Below the pieces are notes generated by a model, which did no database searches, was not told the origin of the DNA, and saw only the letters and a program-made list of their open reading frames with translations. A stretch of 64,000 bases of DNA from Cyanophora paradoxa CCMP329 (lineage: Eukaryota; Plantae; Glaucophyta): assembly GCA_004431415.1 (NCBI GenBank), contig QPMI01000434.1, positions 186,001 to 250,000 on the forward strand. The letters are read 5' to 3'. The translations under genes were made by a program, and so were the position numbers. Numbering within the stretch: the stretch's first letter is position 1; each line of letters opens with the position of its first letter. Shown here in pieces: positions 11,060 to 23,495 of the stretch.

Positions 11060-14000
11060 AGCGTCGTGCGTGGAGGCGTTCAACGCGGCGCTGTGCCACG
11101 CGGTGAACCTCGATCCCCTCTCCCGCCAGGCGTGGCCCATCATGAAGGCCCGTCCCCGCCCCCGCGCCATCCCCGGCACCCTCCTCAGCGCCCCTCACCC
11201 TCCTCCCCTGCAGGCGGCGCTGGGGAGCGGGGCGGGCCAGGCGGGCCTGCGGGCGCTCGCGGGGCTGCTGGACGGGCGGCGCGGGGCGGCGGAGGCGCCC
11301 CTCGTGCGGGGGGCCGTCTTCTTCCTCGGGATGGCGGCATGGGGCTCCACGCGCGTCCCCACCCTCCGCTACCCCTTCTCCGCCATCGTCGCCGCCATGC
11401 AGCGGGCCCTCTCCTGCCCCCACCCCATCGTCCCCTACGAGGTCCCGCCCGCCCCGCGCCCCGCCCCTCAGCACTGACGCCCCGCCAGGTGCTCCTCGCC
11501 CTCCGCCGCCTCCTCCGCAAGTACGGCCCCGAGCTGCGGGCGCGCCGCACCCGCCTCCTCCCCCACCCCGCCCACCCCCCGCTCACCGTCGGGCAGGGGG
11601 AGTGGGAGGGGGTCGTGGGGGCGCTGCGGGCGGTGCGGCCGCTGCTGCCGCCCGGGACCGAGGCGCCCGTCGCCCGCGTCTTCCAGGACTGCCTCGCCGC
11701 CCTCCACGGTGCCCCGCCCCCGTCCCACCTCGTCTCCCACCCTCTCTTCTTCGGCCCCTCATCCTCGTCCTCATGCTCAGGGGCGGTGGAGGAGGGGGCC
11801 TTCGCGGGGGACCCCGAGCGCTTCTACGCGCTGGCGGAGGAGGCCGGGGAGCACGCCCCCGCCGGCCTCCTCGCCCGCCTCCTCGCCTTCCGCTGCGAGG
11901 GCGCGCCTCCAGCGGCGGAGGCCGCCCCCACTCGCCGCGAATCCGACTCGGACGGGGGCGCAGGGGCGAGCCCGGGGCAGGCGGAGTGGCGGGGCCGCCT
12001 CGGGGAGCTGATGGCGCGCTACTTCGCCCCGGGGGCCCGCGAGGAGGCCCGCCTCGCCTGCCTCCAGGTCGGAGCCCCGCCCGCCCCGTCTTGGAGCAAA
12101 GCCCGCATCCCTAGAATAGATTGTCGTCCAGATCGTAGAGGCGCCCGGCCCGAGCCGCCCTAGAGGACGTCCGGATCGATCCCTAGAACGTCGTCTGGAC
12201 CATAGGGCCCGCCCATCCCCCTCGCCTGGCGTCCTCCTGACCCCGCGGGGCGGCCGCGGCAGCTGCTGCGGGAGACGCTGTGGGAGTACCGCGACCTCTA
12301 CGACGAGGAGGTGCCCCCGCGCAGGGGCCGGGCTCGAGCTCTCCTAGCAGCGACCGCCCGTGGGCGCCGGCCTCGTCGCACGGCGTGTCCGGGCTGACGG
12401 AGCGGGCGCGCAGGTGCTGGAGGGGGCGCTGCTGCCCCACCTCCAGGTCCGCCCCCGCCGGTAGTAGGCGGCGTCGCGGCGCGCGCCCGAGCGCCGCTCA
12501 AGGGCGGGGGCGGGGGCAGGATGTGGGGGCGGACGCCTCTCCAGCGGTGCGGGCGGCCGGCCTTGCCCTCGTCGCCGACGCCCTCCGCGAGATCCACGCA
12601 CGCGCCCCCGACCCCGCTCCCCTCCCTCTCTTCCCCCTCCTCACCGCCTCTCCCCCGCGCGCAGGCGGCCCCGCGGCACTTCTCCGCGCTGCTGGAGATC
12701 CTCGCGCGGGCGCTCGCCGCCGGCCCCGAGGACGCGCGCCGCGCCGCCGCGCTCGGCCTCCTCGCCGCCCTGGAGGGGACCTTCGACGCGCTGCCGGCCT
12801 CCCGCCCCCAGTCCCTCCTCGCCCTCCTCGTGCCCCAGCTCCACGCCCCCTGCCCCGAGACCCGCGCCGCCGTCCTCAGGAGGTCCCCTCCCCTTCGTTT
12901 CGTTCCCCCCCCCGCCCCTCCCCCTCTCAGCGCAGCGCAGCCTGGCGTCGCTCTCGGCGCTCCCCGGGGGGCGGCTGCGGCTGGGGGTGAGGGAGAGCGC
13001 CTTCCTGCGGTGCGGCCCCGCCGGCCCCGCGAGCCCCGCGGGCCACGTGGACCTCAACCCCCTCGCCGACGCCCTCGTGACCCGCCTGCACGCCGAGCCG
13101 CTCCCCGAGCTCGTGGAGGCGGCGGCGGAGGGCCTCGAGAGTCTCCTCGCGTGCGCCCCCGCGGCGCGAGCGCTGGACCTGCCCCGCCTCGCCCGCCAGC
13201 TCGCCCTCCTCGTCCGCGAGCTCCGCGTCGGCGAGGCCGCCCGCCCGCGGGGAGGCGGCCGCCGCGTGGGCGCGGCTGGAGGGGGCGCAGCGGGGCGTGC
13301 AGCTGCTGGGCGCCCTCGCCGGCCTCCACCCGCTCCTCGAGCCCTCCGCCCACGACGCCCTCGTCACCGTCCGCCCCGCACTCCTCCCCCGCCCCTTTCC
13401 CAGCGCGCCTCGCCTCACCGCCCCGCAGTGCCTGCTGGCCACGCTGACGCTCCCAGCGCACGCGACGCGCCCCGCGGGGGAGGCGGCGGCGGGGACGGGC
13501 GAGGGCGCGGAGCGGGAGGAGCGGGGGGCCCCTGGGGCGCGGCGGCAGCCCTCTGGGGCACCGCCCTCGAGGCCCTCGCCGCCTGCTGCCTCGAGGCCCG
13601 CCGCCCGCCGCGCCGCCCTGCCCCTGCGGCCCCTGACGCCGCGCCAGATCCCCGCGGCGGTGCAGAAGCACGCGGCGCGCATCCTCGCCGCCGTCCGCGC
13701 CCTCACCGACGTGCGCCCCCCCCCCCCGCCCCCTCTCCCGCGCACCGCGCCGAGCTCCTCCCGTCCCGCAGGACGGGCGGCCCCTCACCCAGCGGCAAAA
13801 CCCTCCCGGGCAGCCCGGCTCGCCGCGGACATCCCCCGCTCTGCCGGGGAGGAGCGCGCTGGAGGAGCTGGCGGTGCCGGCGCTGGAGCTGCTGCACGCG
13901 CTGCCGCTGGCGGCGCCCCGCGGGGAGGCCGAGGCCGCCCCGTGGCGCCTCCTCTTCGAGGCCCTGCTGCCCTACACCGACACCGCCCGCCTCCCCTACC

Positions 14001-17000
14001 ACCTCGCCGCCCTCGCCCACCAGGCCCGCAGCCCCAGCCCGCCCCGCCGCCCCGGACGGCTCTGACGGCCCCCGCCGCAGGTGATGGCGCGCTGCTACTT
14101 CCGCTGCCCTGTCCACGAGCGCCCCGCCGTGCGCCGCGCCCTCCCCCGCCCCTAGGCCTCCGCCCCTCTCCTCATCTGGGGGCGTGCGGGGCCAGCTCGC
14201 GGTGCGGATCCTGGAGGGGCTCTACGAGCGCATCCGCGCCACCGGCTGCCTCCTCGCCCAGGCCCGCCCCCCGCCCCGCCCCGCCCCGCGCCCCGCCCCC
14301 GCCGAGGGCGCGAGAGCGCGGGGGCGCAGGTGGCGGTGGACCTGGTCACGCAGCGCGCCTTCTCGGACCACGAGCCCTCCACCGCCTGGGGCGGCCTCCC
14401 CGCCCCGGCCCCCCGCCCCGGCTCACGCACCCGCTCCTGGGCCCAGGTCCCCCGCTCTTGCGCCTGCCGGCGCGTCGCCTGGGCCGACGGGGCCTGCGGG
14501 GCGGGGCAGGGGAACCGCCTTATCTCGGTGACGACGGACCCCGCGGGGGGCGCCGAGCTCGTTCTGCGCCGCCCCACGGGCACCGTCCGCTGGCGCCTCA
14601 ACGTGCCTCCGGGCCGCGCCCCCGCAACCCCCGGCCCCGCCCTCGACCCCGTCCGTAGCCCGTGCTCACCCGGTGATTTTGTTGTGACGGTGTCGTCTGT
14701 TCGCAGAGCCTCGCCGCCGTCGCCGCGGCGGTCGGCTGCGCCCCGGCGCCCCCGGCCCCGGCCCGCGCCCCCGCGCCCCCGCCCCCGCAGCCGACAGCCG
14801 GGCCGGCCTCGCCGGCCTCTGCGGCGGTCTCGCGGCCGCAGCCGATCGTCGCGGGGGCGCACAGGCGCTCGGGGTCCGCCGGCTGGGCCCCGCCTCGCGC
14901 TCCCCGCCGGGGCCGGGGCCTCGTCGGCCGAGGGCCCCCGCCTCGTCATGACCGGCTCCGGCGCCGCCGCGTGGGTCACCGGCCCCCGCTCCGGCACCGC
15001 CCCTCCGGCCCCTCCTCCCCCGCCGCCGCCTCGCCCCGCCCCCGGGCGCCGCCTCGCCCCTCACCGCCGCCGGCTCCTCCTGGGGCGCCCCCGCCCCGCG
15101 CCCCCCGCCACGCCGTCCCCGCGCTTCGTGCCGACGGCGAGCCCCGTCTCGCCCCGGCCCGGCTTCCCCCCGCAGGTCCACTGCGACCCGCCAACCTTCG
15201 CCCTCGCCCCCGGGGCCCCGGCGAGGCCGGCGCCAGCGACGACGACGACGAGGAGGAGGAGGAGGGGGTGCTGCTGTGGGGCGCCGGCACCGGCACCCCC
15301 GCCGGCTCCGCCGCCTCCCTCGGGGACGCCTCCTCCGCCGCCTCGCCCCTGCCCCCCGCCCCGTTCCCGCCCCCCGGCCCCCGCCCCTCCGCCACCCTGC
15401 CCCCGCCTCCACCGCCGTCCCCGCCGCCTCTGCCCACTCCCTCTCCCTCGCCCCCTCGCCCGGCCCCGGGGCCGTCGCCCCGGCCGGGGCCCCCGCGCCG
15501 CGCCGCCGCCGAGCCTCCTGCCCCGCCGCGACTCGCTCTCCGCCCCGGCGCCCCAGGCGCACGCGCAGGGGGCCCCTCCCCCGCTGCCCCGGGACGGCCG
15601 GCCGCGCGGGCCTCGCGGACGCCCTCGCGCCCCTCCTGTGCGCCCCATCCGTCTCCCCCTCCGCCCCCCTCTCCCTCTGCCCTGACTGCCCGCAGCGAGC
15701 TGGCGCGCCTCGACAGGCGCCCCGCCCCCCCCCGCCCCGTGCCCCCCCCCCCCTCCCGCCCCCCCCCCCCCCCAGAAGGAAGAGGCGTGCTCGCCGCGTG
15801 CTCACAGCAGCGTGCGCAGGGCTCGCGCTCCGGCGAGGGCCCCTCGGGCTCGCCCGCCGCCGGCGACTCGAGCGGGGCGGCGGGGGGAGCCGCGGAGGCG
15901 CCTTCGTGCTCGGCGGAGGCGGAGTGGGCGTGGGGGGCGGCGGACCCGCGCTCCCTCTTCCTGCAGCTGCAGCCACTGCCCTTTACGCAGGCCGCCCCCC
16001 AGGCCCTGCGCGACGGCCGCCCCCTCGAGCGCGCCCTCCAGGTCCCCCCTCCCCCCTTCCCCGCCTCCTCCCTGCGGCGCTCACGCCAGCGCCGCAGCTC
16101 CTCGACCACACGTGCTGCGTCTACACGCACAGGCGCGCCCGCGCCCCGCGCCGCGCGCCGCCTCGGGCGCAGTGCTGCGCGGGGCTGAGGCGGCGCAGCT
16201 TCGGGGTGCTCTACGTGGGCCCCGGCCAGCGGCTCGAGGCCGAGATCCTCGACAACACCCACGGCTCCCTCCGGTGCCCCCACCCGCCCACGCCCGAGGC
16301 AGCCGCGCCGAGGAGCCAGCGTGAAGCCCGGGGGTGCAGGTACAGCGAGTTCCTGCGGGCGCTGGGGCGGGTGGTGCGGCTGCAGGACTGCGGGGGCACG
16401 TACACCGCCGGCCTCGACCGCTCCCCGTCCGCCTCCCCCTCTCGTGCTTCCCCCCGCCCTCGCTCTCCTGAGGGCGGGGTGCAGGGCGGCACTGGACGGC
16501 GAGCTCTCCATCGCCTGGTCGGACCCCGTCGCCGAGGTGGCGCACGCCACGCGCCCGCGATCCGCCCCCCGCCGAGGGCCGCCCCGGGCGCAGGTCATGC
16601 ACCACGTGGCGACGCTGATGCCGACGGGAGGCGGCGAGGCCTCCCGCACCAACAAGAAGCGCCACATCGGTACAGCCGCCGGCTGGCAGTGCTGCGGGGG
16701 TACGCGGAAGCAAACGCGGGCCGGCAGGGAACGACCTGGTGACGATCGTGTGGAGCGAGGGGGGAGAGGCGTGGAGCCCCGAGACGCTGCCGGGCGCCTT
16801 CAACCTCGTCCACGTCGTCGTGTACCCCCTCGACGACGACTTCTACCGCGTCGAGGCGCGCGAATTTCCCGCGTCGCGTTTTCGGAAGCGGGACCGTCTG
16901 GATTCGAGCCCGCGCAGGTCATGCACAAGGCTGGGCTACCTCGCTTCGGCCCCGTGCCGGCGGCGCGCCCGCGCGTCGTCTCCTCCGCGGCCCTCGCGCC

Positions 17001-17466
17001 CCTCGTCCGCCTCGCCGCCCTCCACGGAAACGTGCGCGTACCCCCACTCTCACTTGCAGACGCGCACCCCTCGACCGCCCTCATTCCAACCCCCCGCCCC
17101 CGCAGCTCGCTGCGCACATTTTCGTGTACGGGAACGAGTACCGGTCCAACTGGGTCGAACGCCTGTGCCAGGTGACCCCGTGTCGCGGGGGACGCGCTTT
17201 CCTCTGCCCCTGCGATTCGATCCGGGGTGGCGCAGATCAAGCGCGTCTCGGAGCGACTCGGCGTCTCCGGGCCGGCCCCCTCGCTCGCTCCGGCCCCAGA
17301 GCCGCCCGTTGCCAGCCTGGTCCCGCCGGCATCCATGTCGGGCCTGGCGAGCGGGGTGGAGCCGCTGGCTCGGGCGGCGGCGGCGGCGGGGGCCGATGCC
17401 GCGCGCCGGCGGGGGCCCGAGGAAGAGCTCGTACCCCTGGACCTGCTTCACGCTTGGTTCGCGTGA
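9906..17466 (+). CDS. TSC2: Tuberin / TSC2 (Rheb GAP; Rap/Ran-GAP domain), multi-exon
   Basis: N-terminal region VRGAVFFLGMAAWG...PYEVLLALRRLLRKYG matches the tuberin N-terminus. C-terminal FGVLYVGPGQ..EILDN.HGS..YSEFLRALG, HVATLMPT, NKKRHIGNDLVTIVWSE and WVERLCQIKR are typical of the TSC2 GAP domain. Confidence 0.9.
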
Positions 17467-17580
17467 TCGCGTCCGGCCCGGCTCGAGAGGCTTAGGCTAC
17501 TGCCGTGTGCATTTAATTTGATCCGTGACTGCTATGTTAACGTTTACAGTCGACTTCTTAGGTTTCTTACATGGGTTTTT

Positions 17581-17674
17581 AGAGGTGGACGGAGTGAACG
17601 TGGCGGGGCCGGGGGGCTGTGGCGTTCAGAGGTGGACGGAGTGAACGTGGCGGGGCCGGGGGGCTGTGGCGTTC
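17581..17674. repeat. Exact 2x 47-bp tandem duplication between convergent 3' ends
   Basis: agaggtggacggagtgaacgtggcggggccggggggctgtggcgttc at 17581-17627 and 17628-17674. Confidence 0.9.
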
Positions 17675-18215
17675 AGAGGGGCCAGGCACCCATGCCGTCG
17701 AAAAGGGGAGGGGCGAGAAACTGGGGAGGGCCGAGCGGGGGCATGCCGGGCGGGAAGCCGGCGGCTGTGAAGTCGCCGCTGTGGGGCATCGCGGAGAAGG
17801 GGTCGAAGTGGTGGAAAGGCGCCCACCCGACGGGCGCCGCCTCCTCCTGCGGCTGCTGCTGCTGCTGCGGCGGCGGCGGCGGCGGCTGCTGCTGCTGCTG
17901 CGGCGGCTGCGGCGGCTGCTGGGGGCCCGGTGGCGGGAAGAGAGAGAAGGGGGCGGAGGGGTCCGGGCCCGGGGCGCCGGCGTACGGGGCGAGGAAGGGG
18001 GGGAGGGCGGGGCGTCCGGGAGGGCGCTGGGGGCCCCGAGAAGAGGAAGGCGGGGGGGAGCGGTGCGGGGCGAGGGCGCGCCCGGGGCGGAGGCGTCGCC
18101 GCCCTCGCCGGCGCCCCGCCTCCGAAGAGGAAGGGGGGCGGGGAGGCATGCGCCCCGAAGGAGGCCCCCGCCCCCGAGGCGGCGGCGGCCGAGGCCGCCT
18201 CCGCACGGCGGAGCC

Positions 18216-18249
<34 letters not shown>

Positions 18250-21200
18250 GCCGGCGCGGTTGCTGCGGAAGGAGGACGGGGGCGAGGGCTGGGGGCGGGG
18301 GCGGGGGCGGCGGGGCCAGAAGGGGAAGGGCCGCGCCGCGGCTGCGGGGGCGAGGGGCGGGGGCCGGGGCGGGCTGGGGCTGGCGGGGGCGGGGCAGCTG
18401 CGGGGCCGGCTGCGGCTCGCGGGGCTGCTGCTGCGCGACGAGCTCGTCGTCGACGCGGGGCATCAGGTCCGTGGAGGAGTCCTCGCTCAGGTCCAGCAGC
18501 AGTCGCAGGTCCTCCAGCCGCAGCTGCCCCGGCCCCCGTCACCCCCGCAGAGGCGGCGCGGGAGGAGGCGTAGGCGCAGGCACCTGGGCCGCCTCGGAGC
18601 GCGCGCCGACGGGCCCCAGGGTCGCCTCGGCGACGCGGCGCTTGCGGGCCTGGAGGAGGAGGATGCGCTCCTCGATGCTGCCCCGGATGATGAAGCGCTT
18701 GACGGTGACGGGGCGCGTCTGGCCGACGCGGTGCACGCGGTCGATGGCCTGCAGCTCGCACGCCTCGTGCCACCACGGGTCCATCAGGTAGACCCGCGAG
18801 GCGGCCGTCAGGTTTAGCCCCTGCCCGCCCGCCTTGAGCGAGATGAGGAAGACGGCGACGCTCGGGTCCTTCTGGAAGGAGTCGATGGCGGCGGCGCGCT
18901 GCTTGGCTGGCATGGCCCCGTCCAGCCGCACGTAGGAGACGCCGGCGGCCTCGAGGGCGCGCTGGATGAGGCGCATGAAGGCGACCCACTGGGTGAAGAC
19001 GACGGCCTTGACTCCGGCGTCCTCGCGGCGGGCGCGGTCCAGGTCGAGCAGCAGCGCCTCAAGCTTGGTGCTCGCGCACGCCGCCCGCGCCGCCTCGTCG
19101 GCCGCCTCCTCCCCGCCCGTCCCCTGCAGCACCTGCCCGGGGTCCACCTCCGCCCCGCACACGGGGCACGGGCCCCGGCCCGGCGCCACCACCTGGCCCC
19201 CACCGTCAGCGCCCCCGCCCTCCAGCGCCTTCTCCCGAAGCTCCCGTGGAACGCACCCGCTGGAAGCAGTCGCGGCAGAGGAGGTGCGCGCAGGCGGTGA
19301 CGGCCATCGGCTCGCCTGCCGAGTTCGCCCCGCACTTGCTGCGCGGGGGCGGGGCGCGGGGGCGTCAGAAGGCGCGAGAGCAGAGGCCCGAGAGGAGACG
19401 TCCGCACAAGCAGTCGAGCTCGGTCGAGCGGCGGAGGGCGGCGAGGAGGGAGGGCGGGTCCTGCGGGGGCGCCCCCGGGTCGTCGATGCCGTCCCGGCGG
19501 GCGAGGTCGACGTGGTCGCAGATCTGGCGCAGCCGCAGCAGCAGCTGCAGCACGTGCGCGTAGTTCTTCAGCTGCTCGAGGCGTCAGCAAGAGCGAGAAG
19601 AAGGGGTCAGCAAGAGCGAGTCGGCGCACCGCAGTGCCCTCCTTTAGGTAGCTGGCGACGATGCGCTTGCTGGCCTGCAGGACGCGCTGGTAGAGCTCCC
19701 ACTCCTGCCTCCGCGTGAGGGGGCGATCGAGGGAGGGGAGGGGGCGGCGGGGGCGGGCCTCGGGGCTGGGCTCGAGCTTGACGAAGAGGACCTCCTTGGG
19801 GGGCAGGCTCACGATCGCCTTCCCGTCCCGCTTCTCCGCCTTCGTGCGCCGCATGCAGAGCCCCTGCATCACCACCCGCAGCCGCGCCGTCCCCCGCTCG
19901 TCCCGCTGCTTGATCGGCTGCACGATGAGCCGGTTCCACGCCCCCGGCTCGTCCAGCGGCCGCGCCCTCAGGAACTGCAGCAGGCTCTGCAGGTCGTCCA
20001 GCTGCCCCGCCGAGGCCGATCGGACCACAGAGAGCGGGCCGAGCAAGGCGAGCACGAAGAGGGCGGACCTTGTTGGTGATGGGCGTGCCGGTGAGGCACC
20101 AGCGGGCGCGGGCGGAGAGGCGGCAGGCCGACTTGCTCTGCATCGTGGACGCCGTCTTGATCGTGTGCGCCTCGTCGAGCACCACGCGGTGCCACCGCAC
20201 CGCGTGCAGCGGGCCCAGGCGGCCCCCGGAGCCCGACCAGCCGCCTTCCCCTTTGGCCTCCTCCTCGGCACCCGCCTGCCGAGGCGGGCGAGAGGGGCCC
20301 GAGGGAGACGGGGCTGGAGGCGGAGGGGCCGGGGCGGGGGGTTGAGGCCCGCCGAGGACGGCGAAGCTGGAGAACAAGGGGGGGAACTCCGCGAGAGCGC
20401 CGGCACCCCCGAGCAGGTTGACGCCCGGCGCATCCCACGGCCCCAGCGGCGCCTGCGCCCAGGGAAGCTGCTGGGCGGCCAGCTCCGGCGCCGCCGGCGC
20501 GGGGCTGCCGGCGGCCCGCTCGCCGCCCTCCTCGCTTGCCGGCGGGGAGCGGCGGGCGCCCTTGCCCTTGCCCTTCCCCTTGCCCTTCGCCTCTCCCTCC
20601 TCCTCCTCGAACTCGCATTGCAGGATCGTGTACGCTGCGCGCGCGGGCGGGCGGGCGGGAGGTCGGGCGGGTGGCTCAAGCGGCCGCCGGCGCGCGGAGG
20701 CGAGGAGAGAGGGGGCTGCACTGGTGAGGACGACGTCGAAGCGGGCGAGGTGCGCGGCGTCGCCGCGGCGGTTGGGCCCGTGGTACGTGTACCACGTCAG
20801 GGCCCCCGGCTCCACGTGCGTCTCCAGCTGCGTCGTCCAGTTCGAGAGCGTCTGCGCCCCGGCACTCCCGCGCTCAGCGGCCCAATCTCCTCGTCCCGTC
20901 CACTCGTCTCGTCCGAGGGGCAGCGCGCACCGAGAGGGGGCAGACGATGAGGGTGCCCTTGACGGGCACGGCGGGAGCGCGGGGGGCGCCCTCCGCGGGG
21001 GCCGCCGCCTCCCGCCGCCTCTTCCCCTTGCCCTTGGCGGCCCCCGGCGCTTCTCGGGGCGTGCTGCCCCCCGACGAGGGCGCAGGGGACGGCTCCGGGG
21101 CGGACCCCGCGCCGGGGCCGGGGCCGGGGCCGGCGAGGGAGCCGAGGTCGATGCCGACCTCGGCGAAGATGTCGTCGAGGGAGATGCCGGGGTCCGGGAG

Positions 21201-23115
21201 CTCCCCGGCCCCCGCCTCCACCTTCATCCCGGGCCCCAGCAGAGCCTCCAGGAAGGAGCCCCGGGGGCCCTCCCCGCACCGCTCTCCGGGCCCGCCCTCG
21301 CCCTCGCGGGGGGCCGGGAGGGCCGCCGGGGCGGGGGGCGGCGGCCCCGGCCCGCTGGAGGAGGAGAGGGCGGGGAGGGGGATGGGCCCCGCGGGGTTCG
21401 CGAGCATCAGAGCTATGATCTGGATGGTCTTGCCCAGGCCCATCTGCCGAGCCGCGCCGTCAGGAAGCGCTCGGCTGAGCTCAGCTGGGCGGGGCGGGGC
21501 GGGGCGGGGCGGGGCGGGCCTCGTCGGCCAGGATGCCGCCGCAGGTGCGGCGGACCGCCTCGCCGACCTCCGCCGTGATCGCCGACTGTAGCGCCGCCCG
21601 CTCCTTCTTCGGCACCCGCCCGCGCCGCGCCAGCGCCGCCCCCAGCGCCGCCTCCCCCTCCTCCCCCTCCGCCTCCTCCCGCGTCAGCATCCAGTGGATC
21701 GCCTGCCGCTGGTCTGCGCCCCCCGCCATCAGCTGCGAGAGCGCGGGCCGGGGCGGCGCGGCGCGCATTCGAAGAGCTCGGAGCGGAGGCCGGGCGGCGG
21801 GTCGGCCATGTGCATTTCCTCCGCCTCCTGCTTGAGGAACGAGTAGACGCTGTTGAGCTCCGCCTCTGCCGGGTCGGCGCGTCATGCACACGCCGCGGCG
21901 CCCGCCGGAGCGCCGCACCAAGGTCCTGCCGCATCTGAATGACCTCCTCAGCGATGTGCCGCACCGGCAGCTGGGTCAGCATAGGCGCGAGCTCGGGCCG
22001 CCCCATCGACGACGCCCTGCCCCGCGGCGACCCGTGGGCGGCGAGTGGAGCCACGGCGACCCCGGGCAAGCTCGGGGCGCACGGGACAAAGGAGGGGCGG
22101 ATGCTGCCCTGCTGGTTGCCGGGCCCAATGAGGGATATGCCGTGCTTGCGCAGCGTATCCGACACGTGCGGGAACTTGGATGCCCGGCTGTGCTGCGCTC
22201 GCCGTCCTGTCACGCGACCGGCGGCCGGGCGAGCGGCGGCAGAGAAAGGGAGACGCGCACGAGAAGGATTGTGATGGGGTGTATGCTGATCGGCCGCGCG
22301 GGCCCACGAATCGGCTTCGGCGGCACGGCTGTGACCTGCAAGGCGGCGCCTCAGGCTTCTCGCAAGGGCTGCTCCTCGCAGAATGCATGCCTTCAAACCG
22401 ATCTTGATCCACGCATGCCGAATGTACGACGCCAGGACGGTTGCTGTCCGGGGCTCCAGCGCCCCTAATATCGATCTGGGCCGTGCGCGTCAGAGAAGCG
22501 CTTACGTTGTGGAGAAAATCGCCGTGCGCCCACCCCGTGAGGCTGTGCTTAACGTTGATAATCGTCTTGTTCAAGCGGTCCTGCCCAGGCCACGTGAGCG
22601 GGATGCCGCAGCGAGCGCAGGGCGCGCGTTATGTTCGGATTAGCGACGTGGGCGAGCAAGGGGCGCGAGGGCGAATCGCCCCCGCAGCGAGCGCACCACC
22701 TCTGCCAATGGCTCATCGTTTAGCTGAATGAGCGGGTGGTCCGGCCTGAAGCGGCGCATCGGCGCATGCAATCAACTCGGCGCTCATGTGCAAGGAACGG
22801 CGCGAACCGGCTCAAGTGAACTGAAGATCTCAGCGTGCCAACGAAGTGGTACTGATGAACTGGCTGCTGCGGCCGACGCTTGGGGGGCGGCAAAGGCGCG
22901 TTTTCATCTGTCAAGTCGAGCACTTCCAGGTCGAGCGCGGATTGCGTAGCGCTTGTGCCACTCCCCGCCGCATCTTGTGACGCTCCGGAAGCTGCTGTAG
23001 TGGAGGCGAGAACGACAAGGTCGTCGAGCTCGTCCATTTGAACGGAGCTGATTTTCGCCGCGTTTTCCTCCTCGTCGCTCGCATCGCAAAGATCTATGAC
23101 TTCAGGGCCGCTCAT
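17673..23115 (-). CDS. SNF2-family ATPase with C3HC4 RING (RAD5/HLTF/ULS1-like), multi-exon
   Basis: [47 protein letters not shown] (CFKC...CAHLLCRDC...CPVC), [43 protein letters not shown]. The exact 3' end in Pro/Gln-rich low-complexity sequence is uncertain (17673 or 17579). Confidence 0.88.
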
Positions 23116-23495
23116 GCTGCAGCGCCCGCGGCCGCGGAGGAGCCTTTCCCAGCTGACCCCTACCCCCCTTCTGTGCAGTGATGGTGACCGGCAGGTGACC
23201 TCGAGCTCGAGCTCCCGACGCCAGCACTGGCGCCGGCGCCGGGCCCGGTCCGCGGCCTGCCCCAGTGGCCTGTTAACATTCCGGTCCCTGTCGCAGCCTA
23301 GCTGTTAACGTTCACGACCCGACAGCGCCCTCCCTTGAGGTCTTGCTAGCGCTAGCGCTCCGTAGTGCTGCAATGTGCACGTGCCGCAGAGTACACCGCC
23401 CAGGCACCGCGCGGCGGGCTGCGGTCGTGAGTCTGGTTAATGGTACTTGATAAATAGAGAGGGGTAGTCCTGGCCGCAGCCGGGGTCGCGGCGCG

